A program made the position numbers and the translations under genes. A stretch of 64,000 bases of DNA from an uncultured Acetobacteraceae bacterium (GTDB taxonomy: Bacteria > Pseudomonadota > Alphaproteobacteria > Acetobacterales > Acetobacteraceae), in NCBI GenBank assembly GCA_964236535.1, contig CAXSEF010000001.1, positions 69,818-133,817 of the forward strand, in the 5' to 3' direction. Of the stretch, positions 1 through 15,205 are shown piece by piece. Position 1 is the first letter of the stretch. Each line of letters begins with the position of its first letter. The notes under the pieces are model-generated. The model saw nothing but the letters and a program-made list of their open reading frames with translations, was not told the DNA's origin and did not search any database.

Positions 1-1748
<1,748 letters not shown>

Positions 1749-1820
1749 GGGGAGAGGATAGCAGGCCTGGGGTGCCGCGTCGGTCTTTCGTGCGCCGGTG
1801 CAGGGCTCCCAGGCTTGGCC

Positions 1821-1957
1821 GGCAAGCAAAGCAGGGCTGGGCTCTGCCCAGACCCGCCAAAGGCCTGAGGCCTCTGGAAACCCGTTTCTCAAGCATAGGG
1901 ATTCCAAAGGCTAGCCTTTGGCGGAGTCCAGAGGCGGAGCCTCTGGCCTTGCCTGCC
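1821..1957 (+). repeat. Stacked-hairpin intergenic repeat, full copy (modules A-B-C)
   Basis: Sequence is ggcaagcaaagcagggCTGGGCtctGCCCAGacccgccaaaggc ... CCAAAGGCtaGCCTTTGGcggagtCCAGAGGCggaGCCTCTGGccttgcctgcc. The termini are imperfect inverted repeats (ggcaagcaaagc / gccttgcctgcc). Confidence 0.8.
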
Positions 1958-1985
1958 GGCCGGTCCCGCCCAAGGCCCGTCGGTG

Positions 1986-2630
1986 CTACAGATCCAGTCG
2001 GGCCAGGAGCCCGGCGGTCATCGCGGCGCGGTCGGCGTTGGACATCCACGCACCGGTCAGATGGAGGGTGGCGAGTGCCGGCTGCCCGGCGATGTGGCCG
2101 GCGCGGAGCAGGGTGCGGCCGGCGGGGCTGGCGAGCACGGGCTGCGTGGGCCCGAAGCCGGCGAGGCTGTCGAAGCCGATGGCGACGATGTTGCGGGGAC
2201 GCATGGCGCGGACCATGCGCAGGACGCGCGCGGCGCAGAACTGCGCGATTTCGCGGCGCAGGGGGACGGGGACGGTGCGGCGCCAGGTGGCGAGGTCGGG
2301 CGCGCGCAGGAAGATCGCGTTGGTGCCGGTGCAGCCGGACAGCGCGGGGCCGAACATGCGGCGCATGTGGCGGGCCATCGGCCAGGGGGCGGTGGCGTAT
2401 TCGCAGGTCTGTGGCCAGGAGCCGCCGAGGTCGGCGCCGTGCTCGCGGTGCTGGCTGATCTCGGTGCCGCCGGGCTGGAGCCCGACGAACAGGATGGGGG
2501 GTTCGTCGAGCGGCGGGCCGTAGAGGATCTCGTAGCCGCGGGCCGCGGAACCGAGGGCGGGGGCAAGGCGGGCGTAGCGGCGCGCGGTCTCGGCGTAGAT
2601 GGCGCGGCAGGTGTGCGTGGGGTCGGGCAT
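1986..2630 (-). CDS. Hypothetical protein, possibly a uracil-DNA-glycosylase-like fold
   Basis: 214-aa ORF. PILFVGLQPGG resembles the UDG-superfamily motif A (GxxPG) and a C-terminal HLTGA resembles motif B. No other family recognised by eye. Confidence 0.5.
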   Translation of the reverse strand: MPDPTHTCRAIYAETARRYARLAPALGSAARGYEILYGPPLDEPPILFVGLQPGGTEISQHREHGADLGGSWPQTCEYATAPWPMARHMRRMFGPALSGCTGTNAIFLRAPDLATWRRTVPVPLRREIAQFCAARVLRMVRAMRPRNIVAIGFDSLAGFGPTQPVLASPAGRTLLRAGHIAGQPALATLHLTGAWMSNADRAAMTAGLLARLDL

Positions 2631-2877
2631 GGGCGGTGTGGCCGACGGTGCGTGCGGAGGGGCCGGACGCTGCGGGTCTGGCGTCCGGGAGGTTGGGGTC
2701 GGACGGCCGGGGCCGGGCGGCTTGTGCGTCGGAGGCAGGCTAGGCGTCGCAGCTGGGCGTGGAAAGCGCGCACGGGCCGCGTGACCTTTGGCGCGGCGGT
2801 CGGATGTTCATCGTGGATTCAGGTTTTGCGGCGATTGTCCATTCCGCGCCTAGGGACCAACAGCAAACGAGGCGGGG

Positions 2878-3843
2878 ATGAGCGATCTGGCCGACGTGCC
2901 GAACCTGGCTGAGGGCGAGGGCCTCGCGCCGGCCCTGGCGGGGGACAGGCGCAGGCAGGGACGGCCGCAGTACGTCAAGCGGCACCTTGTGCCACTGCTG
3001 CGCGGGTCGGCTTCGCCCGGCACGGATGCGGCGCCGGCACCGCCGCCATTGCCTTTGCCGGCGACGGGAACCAGCGGGGCGCCTGCGCGCGACAAGGCTT
3101 GCGCGGCGTGCCGGGAGGGCCAGGACATCTTCCCGTTCACGATGGCGTTCCAGCCGATCGTCGACTTGCAGGAGAGCCGGATCGACGCCTACGAGGCCCT
3201 GGTGCGCGGGCCGGGCGGCGAGGGCGCGGGGCACGTGCTGGGCCAGGTCACCGCGGAGAACACCTACGCGTTCGACCAGGCGTGCCGGGTGAGGGCGATC
3301 GAGCTGGCGGCGCGACTCGGGATCGACCGGCAGCTCAGCATCAACTTCCTGCCCAATGCCGTCTACCAGCCGCGGGCGTGCATCCAGGCGACGCTGCGTG
3401 CAGCGGCGCGAACCGGCTTCCCGCGCGACCGGCTCACCTTCGAGATCCTGGAGTCGGAGTCCGTCGCCGAGACGGCACATCTGCTGGAGATCATCCACGA
3501 GTATCGCCAGCAGGGATTCAAGATCGCGCTCGACGATTTCGGCACCGGGTATTCCGGGCTGGCGCGCCTCGCCCTGCTGAAGCCGGACATCATCAAGGTC
3601 GACCGGGTGCTGGCGCAGGACTGCGACAAGGACCGGGTGAGGCTCGCCATCATCGCGAGCCTTGTCACGCTGGGCGCGGAGATCGGCTCGAAGGTGGTCG
3701 TGGAGGGGGTGGAACAGGAACCGGAAGTGCGGGCGCTGCTCTCGGTCGGCGCGCGGTTCATCCAGGGCTTCTATTTCGCCAAGCCGGCGTTCGAGGCTGT
3801 CGCGCGCGACAGCACGATCCGCTGGCCCGAGCCGGTGGCGTAG
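2878..3843 (+). CDS. EAL-domain protein (putative c-di-GMP phosphodiesterase); start codon uncertain
   Basis: AFQPIVDL, YEALVRG, LSINFLP, FEILESE, KIALDDFGTGYSGL, VKVDR, VVEGVEQE and QGFYFAKP are the canonical EAL signature blocks. The first ~80 residues are low complexity, so the true start may be further downstream. Confidence 0.85.
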   Translation: MSDLADVPNLAEGEGLAPALAGDRRRQGRPQYVKRHLVPLLRGSASPGTDAAPAPPPLPLPATGTSGAPARDKACAACREGQDIFPFTMAFQPIVDLQESRIDAYEALVRGPGGEGAGHVLGQVTAENTYAFDQACRVRAIELAARLGIDRQLSINFLPNAVYQPRACIQATLRAAARTGFPRDRLTFEILESESVAETAHLLEIIHEYRQQGFKIALDDFGTGYSGLARLALLKPDIIKVDRVLAQDCDKDRVRLAIIASLVTLGAEIGSKVVVEGVEQEPEVRALLSVGARFIQGFYFAKPAFEAVARDSTIRWPEPVA

Positions 3844-3871
3844 CGGCGGGGCGGCGCCGGAGTCGGCTTCG

Positions 3872-4096
3872 CGGCCGGGGCCGTTCCTGCTCGGCGAGGC
3901 GTTCTCGGCGGCGGACGTGCTGTGGGCGCTGCGCTGGGCTGGACGATGCAGTTCAAGGTGGTGTCCGGAGCGGCCGGAGCTCGTGGCCTGCGTGGCGCAG
4001 GTGGTAGCGCGACCGGGGTTGTGCGGCGCGGAAGAAGGCTGCGGCGCTGACGGGGCTGGCAAGGATTGCTGTCGGCGCGGCGCCGGGTGTGGTTGA
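3872..4096 (+). pseudogene. Possible remnant of a glutathione S-transferase C-terminal domain
   Basis: One frame reads RPGPFLLGEAFSAADVLWALRWAG....PERPELVACVAQVVARPG. This resembles the GST C-terminal helices (FLLGExFSxADi ... aw..rv.aRPa). No N-terminal thioredoxin-like half is present, and the upstream part of this frame overlaps the EAL gene. Confidence 0.3.
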
Positions 4097-4299
4097 CAGC
4101 CTTGACCGGGGCCGTCTCGGGCCGCTGCAACCTGCGCCGGACCGTCATGCCCGCAAGCCCGAACTTCATGCGACGTTGATTCCGGGCGGCTCGCCGTCGC
4201 AGGTCCTCGCCCTGGACGAACGGTTCGGCTCCGCCGCCCAGCACAGGCCGCTTGTCGCACTGGCCGCGCTGCGCTAATCCCCGCGCCTTGTTCCAGTCT

Positions 4300-4384
<85 letters not shown>

Positions 4385-4424
4385 TCCAGCCTGCGCAGCC
4401 GCGCAACCATGAAAGTCACGGCCG

Positions 4425-5765
4425 ATGCAGGTCACCGAGACCCTCTCCGAAGGCCTCAAGCGCGCCTACACCGTCGTGGTGCCCGCCTCCGATATCGAGG
4501 GCAAGCGCGCGGCCAGGCTCGGGGAACTGGCTCGCACCCTGCGGCTGCCCGGTTTCCGACCCGGCAAGGTGCCCGCCGGCGTGGTGCGCCAGCGCTTCGG
4601 CCGCGAGGTGATGGCCGAGGTGCTGCAGCAGAGCGTCGACGACGCGACGCGCGCCGTGCTGACCGAGCGCGGCCTGCGCCCGGTGGGCCAGCCCAGCGTG
4701 GCGCTCAAGTCCATGCTGGAGCCCGGCACGGATGCCGCCGACCTCGAGTTCACCGTCGACATGGAACTGCTCCCCGAGATCGAACTGCCGGACTTCGCCT
4801 CGATCACCTTGGAGCGGCTACGGGCGGAGCCGTCGCCGGAGCAGATCGACGGCGCGCTGGCCGACATCGCGAAGCGCCAGCGCGAGCTGGTCGACGTCAC
4901 CGAGGACCGAGGTGCCGCGACCGGCGACACCCTGGTCGTCGATTTCCTTGGCAAGGTCGATGGCGTCCCGTTCGACCGCGGCGACGGCAAGGACATGCCG
5001 ATCGAGATCGGCGGCACCGGCTTCATCCCCGGCTTCTCCGAGCAGATGGAGGGCATGCGCCCCGGCGAGAGCCGCGTCATCGAGGTGACCTTTCCCGAGG
5101 CCTACCAGGAGGCCACCCTGGCCGGGAAGGCTGCCACCTTCGACATCGATGCCAAGGCGCTGAAAAGCCCGGTCGACGCGCCGCTCGACGACGCACTGGC
5201 ACAGAAGCTCGGCTTCGACGAAGGCATCGCCAAGCTGCGCGAGGTCGTGGCCCAGCAGATGCAGCGCGAGTACGACGGGCTGTCGCGGATGCGCACGAAG
5301 CGCACTCTGCTCGACGCGCTTGCCGGGCGTGCGAGCTTCGCCGCCCCCGAGACGCTGGTCGAGTCCGAGTTCCGCCAGATCTGGGACCGCGTCGAGGCCG
5401 ATCGCGCCGCCGGCAAGGCGGACGAGGAGGATGCGGGCAAGGACACCGACACTCTGCGCTCGGAATATCGCGCGATTGCCGAGCGCCGGGTCCGCCTGGG
5501 CCTGCTGCTCTCCGAGGTCGGCCGCGGCGCCGGCGTCACCGTGGGCCAGGACGAGATGGTGCGTGCCATGCGCCAGGAGGCCGGCCGCTACCCCGGGCAG
5601 GAGGCGCAGGTCATGGAGTTCTTCCGCAAGAACCCACAGGCTACCGACACGTTGCGCGGGCCGATCTTCGAGGACAAGGTGATCGACTACATTCTGGAGC
5701 TCGCCAAGATCGAGGAGCGTACCGTGTCCCCTGAGGAGCTGGCCAAGGACGCCGAGGCGGCCTGA
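4425..5765 (+). CDS. tig: Trigger factor
   Basis: 446 aa. Starts MQVTETLSEGLKRAYTVVVP, contains GFRPGKVP, and has an FKBP-type PPIase middle domain (GFIPGFSEQMEGM). Confidence 0.95.
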   Translation: MQVTETLSEGLKRAYTVVVPASDIEGKRAARLGELARTLRLPGFRPGKVPAGVVRQRFGREVMAEVLQQSVDDATRAVLTERGLRPVGQPSVALKSMLEPGTDAADLEFTVDMELLPEIELPDFASITLERLRAEPSPEQIDGALADIAKRQRELVDVTEDRGAATGDTLVVDFLGKVDGVPFDRGDGKDMPIEIGGTGFIPGFSEQMEGMRPGESRVIEVTFPEAYQEATLAGKAATFDIDAKALKSPVDAPLDDALAQKLGFDEGIAKLREVVAQQMQREYDGLSRMRTKRTLLDALAGRASFAAPETLVESEFRQIWDRVEADRAAGKADEEDAGKDTDTLRSEYRAIAERRVRLGLLLSEVGRGAGVTVGQDEMVRAMRQEAGRYPGQEAQVMEFFRKNPQATDTLRGPIFEDKVIDYILELAKIEERTVSPEELAKDAEAA

Positions 5766-5795
5766 AGCGAGCCGCCCCGGACCGGCCGCCCAAGG

Positions 5796-5868
5796 CCACA
5801 AACTCAGTTGTGGCGGTCCAGGGCGGCTCGCCCTGGCGGAGTCCTGGGGCAGAGTCTCTGGCCTTGCC
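5796..5868 (+). repeat. Stacked-hairpin repeat, partial copy (C-type end)
   Basis: Sequence is CCACAAactcagTTGTGGcggtCCAGGGCggctcGCCCTGGcggagtcctggggcagagtctctggccttgcc. Confidence 0.65.
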
Positions 5869-5976
5869 GCCTTCTGCGGCCGTGCACTGGACGCAGGCCC
5901 TGCGTGGCGTAATCTGTGCAAGGTTCATGACGGCGGTCCCCGTTCCGGGTTCCCGCCTCTCTAGGGATGCAGACAC

Positions 5977-6624
5977 ATGAGGGATCGTGACCCCGTCGAG
6001 GTCTATGCCAGCTCGCTGGTGCCGATGGTGGTCGAGCAGACCGCCCGCGGCGAGCGTGCGTTTGACATCTATTCGCGCCTGCTCAAGGAGCGGATCATCT
6101 TCCTGACCGGACCGGTCTACGATCACGTGAGCGCGGTGATCTGCGCGCAGCTGCTGTTCCTGGAGAGCGAGAATCCGGCCAAGGACATCTCGTTCTACAT
6201 CAACAGTCCGGGCGGCGTGGTCTCGGCCGGGCTCGCGATCTACGACACCATGCAGTACGTCCGCAGCCCGGTCAGCACCGTGTGCATCGGCCAGGCGGCG
6301 TCGATGGGCTCGCTGCTGCTCGCCGCCGGGCAAAAGGGCAAGCGTTACTGCCTGCCCAATGCGCGGGTGATGGTGCACCAGCCGTCCGGCGGCGCCCAGG
6401 GCCAGGCCTCCGACATCGAGATCCAGGCGGCCGAGATCCTCCACCTTCGCCAGCAGCTCAACGAGATCTATGAGCGCCACACCGGGCAGAGCCTGGAGGC
6501 GATCGAGCAGAAGCTGGAGCGCGACAGCTACATGTCGGCGCGCGAGGCGCTGGAGTTCGGCCTGATCGACGAGGTGGTGGAAAACCGCCCGGCCTCGGCC
6601 ACCGACGAGGCGATCAAGGTCTGA
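5977..6624 (+). CDS. clpP: ATP-dependent Clp protease proteolytic subunit
   Basis: 215 aa. Contains [31 protein letters not shown] (catalytic Ser) and MVHQPSGG. Confidence 0.95.
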   Translation: MRDRDPVEVYASSLVPMVVEQTARGERAFDIYSRLLKERIIFLTGPVYDHVSAVICAQLLFLESENPAKDISFYINSPGGVVSAGLAIYDTMQYVRSPVSTVCIGQAASMGSLLLAAGQKGKRYCLPNARVMVHQPSGGAQGQASDIEIQAAEILHLRQQLNEIYERHTGQSLEAIEQKLERDSYMSAREALEFGLIDEVVENRPASATDEAIKV

Positions 6625-6868
6625 CGAGCGCGAGCCGGGCGCCGGGCTGACGCGCGGCCCGCATGTCAGCCCCGCTGGCATGCCTGGGTGCCGGGTGTGC
6701 GACACGGATGGCGACCTGTGACGTTGCAGCCGATCCGGCTCGCCCATATCTGCACGGCCCCGCTGCGGCGCGGGAGTGGCGTGGTCTCTTGTCCGTTTCA
6801 CGGCCGGGAGCCTAGTATTGCCGGACGATCCCCGGCTGTGGCCGGGGGACGCCCGGGCAGGAGCGTGC

Positions 6869-8119
<1,251 letters not shown>

Positions 8120-8267
8120 GAGCCGCTGGCTCCGCCAGGCGGCAGGCCGCCCAGGCTGCACCGCCGCGGCGGCTGGTGTGCGAGGCTGTCCGGGTGCCGT
8201 GCGACATTGCCCGACCGCATGTCTCGTGCTTGGCATACCGGCGGGTTTCCGACCTCCGGGCGCGGAC

Positions 8268-8296
8268 CTTGTCCGGCGAACCGTCGCTGACGATAT
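8268..8296 (+). promoter_or_regulatory. Candidate RpoH (sigma-32)-type promoter upstream of lon
   Basis: CTTGTC, then 17 nt, then CGATAT, about 90 nt upstream of the lon ATG. It resembles the alphaproteobacterial heat-shock pattern CTTG-N17-CYTAT. Pattern match only. Confidence 0.25.
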
Positions 8297-8385
8297 CCCA
8301 CTCCGCCGGGCGATTTGCCCGTTCCAGCCGCGGCCGTGCCAGAGTGGGCGGCCTGCGGTTCCGACTGTCCTGATGGAGGTCACCG

Positions 8386-11124
<2,739 letters not shown>

Positions 11125-11234
11125 CGTGGCGTGGGCGGACGGCTTTGCGCTAGAGGGGCGCCACGGATGCGGCGCCACACGGACGACGGGCCGGGACCCC
11201 AGGTTCCGCTCCGGGCGCGTGGGCAGGGGGCGGA

Positions 11235-11531
11235 ATGAACAAGGCGGAGCTGGTCGACGCGGTGGCGGGAGCGGCCGAACTGCCGCGTACCAAGGCGGCC
11301 GAGGCGGTCGAGGCCGCACTGGCCGCGATCGAGGCGGCGCTGCAGCAGGGCAGCGAGGTGCGCCTGAGCGGCTTCGGCACCTTCATGCCGACCCGGCGCA
11401 AGGCCGCCAAGGGCCGCAACCCGCGCACCGGAGAGGTCATCGACCTGCCGGAGACCAGCTCGGTCCGCTTCAGGCCGGCGCGTATCTTCAAGCAGGTGGT
11501 CGCTCCCGCGGCTGCCGCTCCGGGCGGTTAG
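11235..11531 (+). CDS. hupB: DNA-binding protein HU
   Basis: 98 aa. Starts MNKAELVDAVA and contains GFGTF....RKAAKGRNPRTGEVIDLPETSSVRFRP. The TAG stop (11529-11531) lies inside the downstream tRNA-Val. Confidence 0.9.
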   Translation: MNKAELVDAVAGAAELPRTKAAEAVEAALAAIEAALQQGSEVRLSGFGTFMPTRRKAAKGRNPRTGEVIDLPETSSVRFRPARIFKQVVAPAAAAPGG

Positions 11532-11593
11532 CTCAGCGGTAGAGCGTCTCGTTTACACCGAGAGGGTCGGCGGTTCGATCCCGTCACCGCCCA
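11522..11593 (+). tRNA. tRNA-Val (anticodon TAC)
   Basis: Acceptor GGGCGGT/ACCGCCC. D-arm TAGCTCAGCGGTAGAGC. Anticodon stem TCTCG/CGAGA with loop TTTACAC. T-arm GGCGGTTCGATCCCGTC. No encoded CCA. Confidence 0.88.
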
Positions 11594-11605
11594 TTCCACG
11601 CGCCT

Positions 11606-11761
11606 AAGCAACGCCAGGCTTTGCCCGGGCCGTCGAAGGCCCGCCGCTGGCGTAGGCTTTCGGAACCCTTCTTGGTGTTCTCTTCCTGCGGCCGGGGTGT
11701 CCGATGCGTGTGGGTCTGGGGCCTCAAGGGCCCAGCGGCGTCCAGGGGCAGAACCCCTGCC
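11606..11761 (+). repeat. Stacked-hairpin repeat, diverged copy filling the tRNA-Val/tRNA-Asp spacer
   Basis: Left part is aagcaacgccaggctttgcccggg. Right part is tggggcctcaagggcccagcggcgtccaggggcagaacccctgcc. Compare the copy at 61760-61815. Confidence 0.5.
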
Positions 11762-11779
11762 TATCCCGGCAACGCAAGC

Positions 11780-11808
11780 TTGACGCCCGCCCGCCCGGGC
11801 CGTATCTG
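11780..11808 (+). promoter_or_regulatory. Candidate sigma-70-type promoter for tRNA-Asp
   Basis: TTGACG (11780-11785), a 17-nt spacer, then TATCTG (11803-11808). The tRNA 5' end is 11 nt downstream. Confidence 0.4.
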
Positions 11809-11818
11809 GCGCCTCGCT

Positions 11819-11895
<77 letters not shown>

Positions 11896-12081
11896 TGCAG
11901 CCTGTTACCAGCCCGAGCCCTGGTCCGCGCCTGCCCTCGCCGGACTGCTTACGACTGCACAGATGCGGCTGCATGCCGGTGGCCCCCTCCTGGCGGGAAG
12001 CGCGGTTGCAGCGTAGGATTGTGGGTGCGGGCAGCACGCGGTTGGTGTCGCCTGCGCAATCCCGGACGTGCGGAGGCTGTC

Positions 12082-12447
12082 GTGCAGGACCTGCTGGCCA
12101 ACTACTTTCCGATCGCGGTATTCCTGGGGCTGGCGGTGCTGATCGCGGGCGCCATGCTCGGTGGTTCGCTGCTCGCCGCGCGGCAGAAGCCCTACGCCGA
12201 GAAGCTTTCGGCCTACGAGTGCGGGTTCGAGCCGTTTGACGACGCGCGCCGGCGCTTCGACGTGCGGTTCTACCTGGTTGCCATCCTGTTCATCATCTTC
12301 GACCTGGAGGTGGCGTTCCTGTTCCCCTGGGCGGTCAGCCTCTCGCACATCGGGGTGTTCGGCTTCTTCTCGATGATGATGTTCCTTGCCGTCCTGACCG
12401 CCGGCTTCATCTACGAGTGGTGCAAGGGCGCGCTGGACTGGCAGTAG
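12082..12447 (+). CDS. nuoA: NADH-quinone oxidoreductase subunit A
   Basis: GTG start at 12082 preceded by GGAGG (12072-12076). Contains [41 protein letters not shown]. Confidence 0.88.
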   Translation: MQDLLANYFPIAVFLGLAVLIAGAMLGGSLLAARQKPYAEKLSAYECGFEPFDDARRRFDVRFYLVAILFIIFDLEVAFLFPWAVSLSHIGVFGFFSMMMFLAVLTAGFIYEWCKGALDWQ

Positions 12448-12526
12448 GAACGGCGCTCCGCACCGACATGGCTTCCGGCCGCCCGGCGCAGCATGTGCGG
12501 CTTGGCGCAACGATAGGACCCGCGCG

Positions 12527-13099
12527 ATGAGTGCCTTCGAGACTGCCGCCTCGCCCGACGCCATGGCCTGGAACCGGGAGGCTCTGGCGCCCGGTTTGGA
12601 ACAGGATGCCGTGGTGCGCGGAATCACCGGCGAGATCACCGACAAGGGCTTCGTGGTCGCCAATGTCGACAAGCTGGTGAACTGGGCGCGTACCGGCAGC
12701 CTGTGGCCGATGACCTTCGGCCTGGCCTGCTGCGCGGTGGAGATGATCCACGCCTACATGCCGCGCTTCGACCTCGATCGCTTCGGCGTCATCCCGCGCG
12801 CCAGCCCGCGCCAGAGCGACGTGATGATCGTGGCCGGCACGCTGACCAACAAGATGGCCCCCGCTTTGCGCAAGGTCTACGACCAGATGCCGGAGCCGCG
12901 CTGGGTGATCTCGATGGGCTCCTGCGCCAACGGCGGCGGCTACTACCACTACTCGTACTCGGTGGTCCGCGGCTGCGACCGCATCGTGCCGGTCGACATC
13001 TACGTCCCCGGCTGCCCACCCACCGCGGAGGCGCTGGTCTACGGCATCATGCAGCTGCAGAAGAAGATCCGCCGCACCGGGACCATCCTGCGTGGCTGA
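12527..13099 (+). CDS. nuoB: NADH-quinone oxidoreductase subunit B
   Basis: Contains [30 protein letters not shown] and PGCPP (cluster N2 ligands). Confidence 0.95.
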   Translation: MSAFETAASPDAMAWNREALAPGLEQDAVVRGITGEITDKGFVVANVDKLVNWARTGSLWPMTFGLACCAVEMIHAYMPRFDLDRFGVIPRASPRQSDVMIVAGTLTNKMAPALRKVYDQMPEPRWVISMGSCANGGGYYHYSYSVVRGCDRIVPVDIYVPGCPPTAEALVYGIMQLQKKIRRTGTILRG

Positions 13100-13883
13100 T
13101 TCCGCGCCCGCCGCCGCCTCGGAGGCCGGCAAGCCGCCCGGGGTGCGCGCCATCGACCGCACCCTCACCGGCTTCGTCCCCGCAGCACCGCAGGGCGGCC
13201 TGTCCGCCGCGCAGGCCGCGAGGCTGGAGTCTCTGGCCGTCCTGCTCGCCACCGGCACTCCGGGCGTCTCGGCAGCGGCGCTGGAGCATGGCGAGCTGGT
13301 GGTGCATGCCTCGCGCGACGTGCTGATCCGGCTGATGCTGTTCCTGCGCGACGACCCGCGCTGCGCCTGCGAGCAGCTGATGGATCTGTGCGGCGTCGAC
13401 TGGCCGGAGCGCGCCGAGCGCTTCGAGGTGGTCTACAACCTGCTCTCCGTCAGCCTGAACCAGCGGGTCCGTGTCATCGTCCGCACCGACGAGATCCAGC
13501 CGGTGCCCTCCGTCCACGAGCTGTGGCCCTGCGCCACCTGGTGGGAGCGCGAGGCCTGGGACCTGTTCGGCATCCGCTTCTCCGGCCAGCCCGACCTGCG
13601 CCGCATCCTCACCGACTACGGCTTCGAGGGCCATCCGCTGCGCAAGGACTTCCCGCTGACCGGGCATGTCGAGGTCCGCTACGACGAGGACCGCAAGGCG
13701 GTGATCAACGAGCGCGTCCGCCTGCCGCAGGATTTCCGCAACTTCGACGCCATATCCCCTTGGGAAGGCATGGTGACGCTGCCGGGAGACGAGAAGGCGC
13801 ACGTGGCCCGCCAGGCCTCGGCCAGCGCGTCCGCCCCCGGCCTTGCCTCCCCTACGGCACCGATCCCTGGAGCCAAGCCATGA
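13092..13883 (+). CDS. nuoC: NADH-quinone oxidoreductase subunit C (start uncertain, low-complexity termini)
   Basis: Contains [51 protein letters not shown]. The GTG start overlaps the nuoB stop. Confidence 0.88.
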   Translation: MADSAPAAASEAGKPPGVRAIDRTLTGFVPAAPQGGLSAAQAARLESLAVLLATGTPGVSAAALEHGELVVHASRDVLIRLMLFLRDDPRCACEQLMDLCGVDWPERAERFEVVYNLLSVSLNQRVRVIVRTDEIQPVPSVHELWPCATWWEREAWDLFGIRFSGQPDLRRILTDYGFEGHPLRKDFPLTGHVEVRYDEDRKAVINERVRLPQDFRNFDAISPWEGMVTLPGDEKAHVARQASASASAPGLASPTAPIPGAKP

Positions 13884-15205
13884 GCAGCGTCATCGAGCGC
13901 CCCGACCTTCCCGAGGTCACCGCCCCCAATCCGGGCGCGCATCCCGACTTCGTCCGCCCCGCCTCCGCTCCGGGTGCTGCCGGCCCGACACCGTCCGAGC
14001 AGGCCGCGGAGACCGGTTCGGGCTTGCGCAAGACCGTCGAGATCGACAGCCATGCGATGAACTTCGGCCCGCAGCACCCGGCCGCGCATGGCGTGCTGCG
14101 CCTGGTGATCGAGATGGACGGCGAGGTCGTCGAGCGGGCCGACCCGCATATCGGCCTGCTGCACCGCGGCACCGAGAAGCTGATCGAGTACAAGACCTAC
14201 ATGCAGGCGCTGCCGTATTTCGACCGTCTGGACTACGTGTCGCCGATGTGCATGGAGCACAGTTTCGCGCTGGCCACCGAGAAGCTGCTCGGCGTGGCGG
14301 CACCCGAGCGTGCGCAGTGGATCCGCACGATGTTCGCCGAGATTACCCGGGTGCTGAACCACCTGCTCAACATCACCACGTACGCGCTCGACGTCGGTGC
14401 CCTCACCCCGGTGCTCTGGGGCCACGAGGAGCGCGAGAAGCTGATGGAGTTCTACGAGCAGGCCTCTGGCGCACGGCTGCACGCCAACTACTTTCGCCCG
14501 GGCGGCGTCTCCAAGGACCTGCCCGCCGGTCTGGCGGACCGCATCGCGCAGTGGGCCGAGAGCTTCCCAAGGTTCATCGACGACCTGTCCAGCCTGCTGA
14601 CCGGCAACCGCATCTGGAAGCAGCGCACCGTCGACATCGGCATCATGAGCGCCGAGCAGGCGCTCGCCTGGGGCTTTACCGGGCCCTGCCTGCGCGCCTC
14701 CGGCGTGCCGTGGGACCTGCGCCGCAGCCAGCCGTACGACAAGTACGCCGAGGTCGAGTTCGACATCCCGGTCACCCGCAACGGTGACTGCTACGACCGC
14801 TATCTCGTGCGCATGGAGGAGATGCGCGAGAGCGTGCGCATCATCCGCCAGTGCCTCGACCGCATGCGCCCCGGCCCGGTCAAGGTGCAGGACCACAAGA
14901 TCTCGCCGCCGCGGCGCGAGGACATGAAGCGCTCGATGGAGGCGCTGATCCACCACTTCAAGCTGTTCACCGAGGGCTACCATGTTCCCGCCGGCGCCAC
15001 CTACACTGCGACCGAGAGCCCGAAAGGCGAGTTCGGCGTCTACCTGGTGGCCGACGGCAGCAACCGCCCGTACCGCTGCAAGGTGCGCCCGACCGGCTTT
15101 GCCCACCTGCAGGCGCTCGAGTTCATGAGCCGCCGTCACATGCTCGCCGACGCGGTCGCCTGCATCGGGTCGCTCGACCTGGTGTTCGGCGAGATCGACC
15201 GCTGA
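13880..15205 (+). CDS. nuoD: NADH-quinone oxidoreductase subunit D
   Basis: ATG 13880 overlaps the nuoC stop (ATGA). Contains [27 protein letters not shown] and [28 protein letters not shown]. Confidence 0.93.
   Translation: MSSVIERPDLPEVTAPNPGAHPDFVRPASAPGAAGPTPSEQAAETGSGLRKTVEIDSHAMNFGPQHPAAHGVLRLVIEMDGEVVERADPHIGLLHRGTEKLIEYKTYMQALPYFDRLDYVSPMCMEHSFALATEKLLGVAAPERAQWIRTMFAEITRVLNHLLNITTYALDVGALTPVLWGHEEREKLMEFYEQASGARLHANYFRPGGVSKDLPAGLADRIAQWAESFPRFIDDLSSLLTGNRIWKQRTVDIGIMSAEQALAWGFTGPCLRASGVPWDLRRSQPYDKYAEVEFDIPVTRNGDCYDRYLVRMEEMRESVRIIRQCLDRMRPGPVKVQDHKISPPRREDMKRSMEALIHHFKLFTEGYHVPAGATYTATESPKGEFGVYLVADGSNRPYRCKVRPTGFAHLQALEFMSRRHMLADAVACIGSLDLVFGEIDR

Noticed and set aside
8228-8250. 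TGGCAT near 8230 upstream of lon as a possible sigma-54 -24 element.
   Set aside because: There is no TTGC-type -12 element at the required 4-5-nt spacing. The heat-shock-type CTTG-N17-CGATAT candidate further downstream fits better, and even that is weak.
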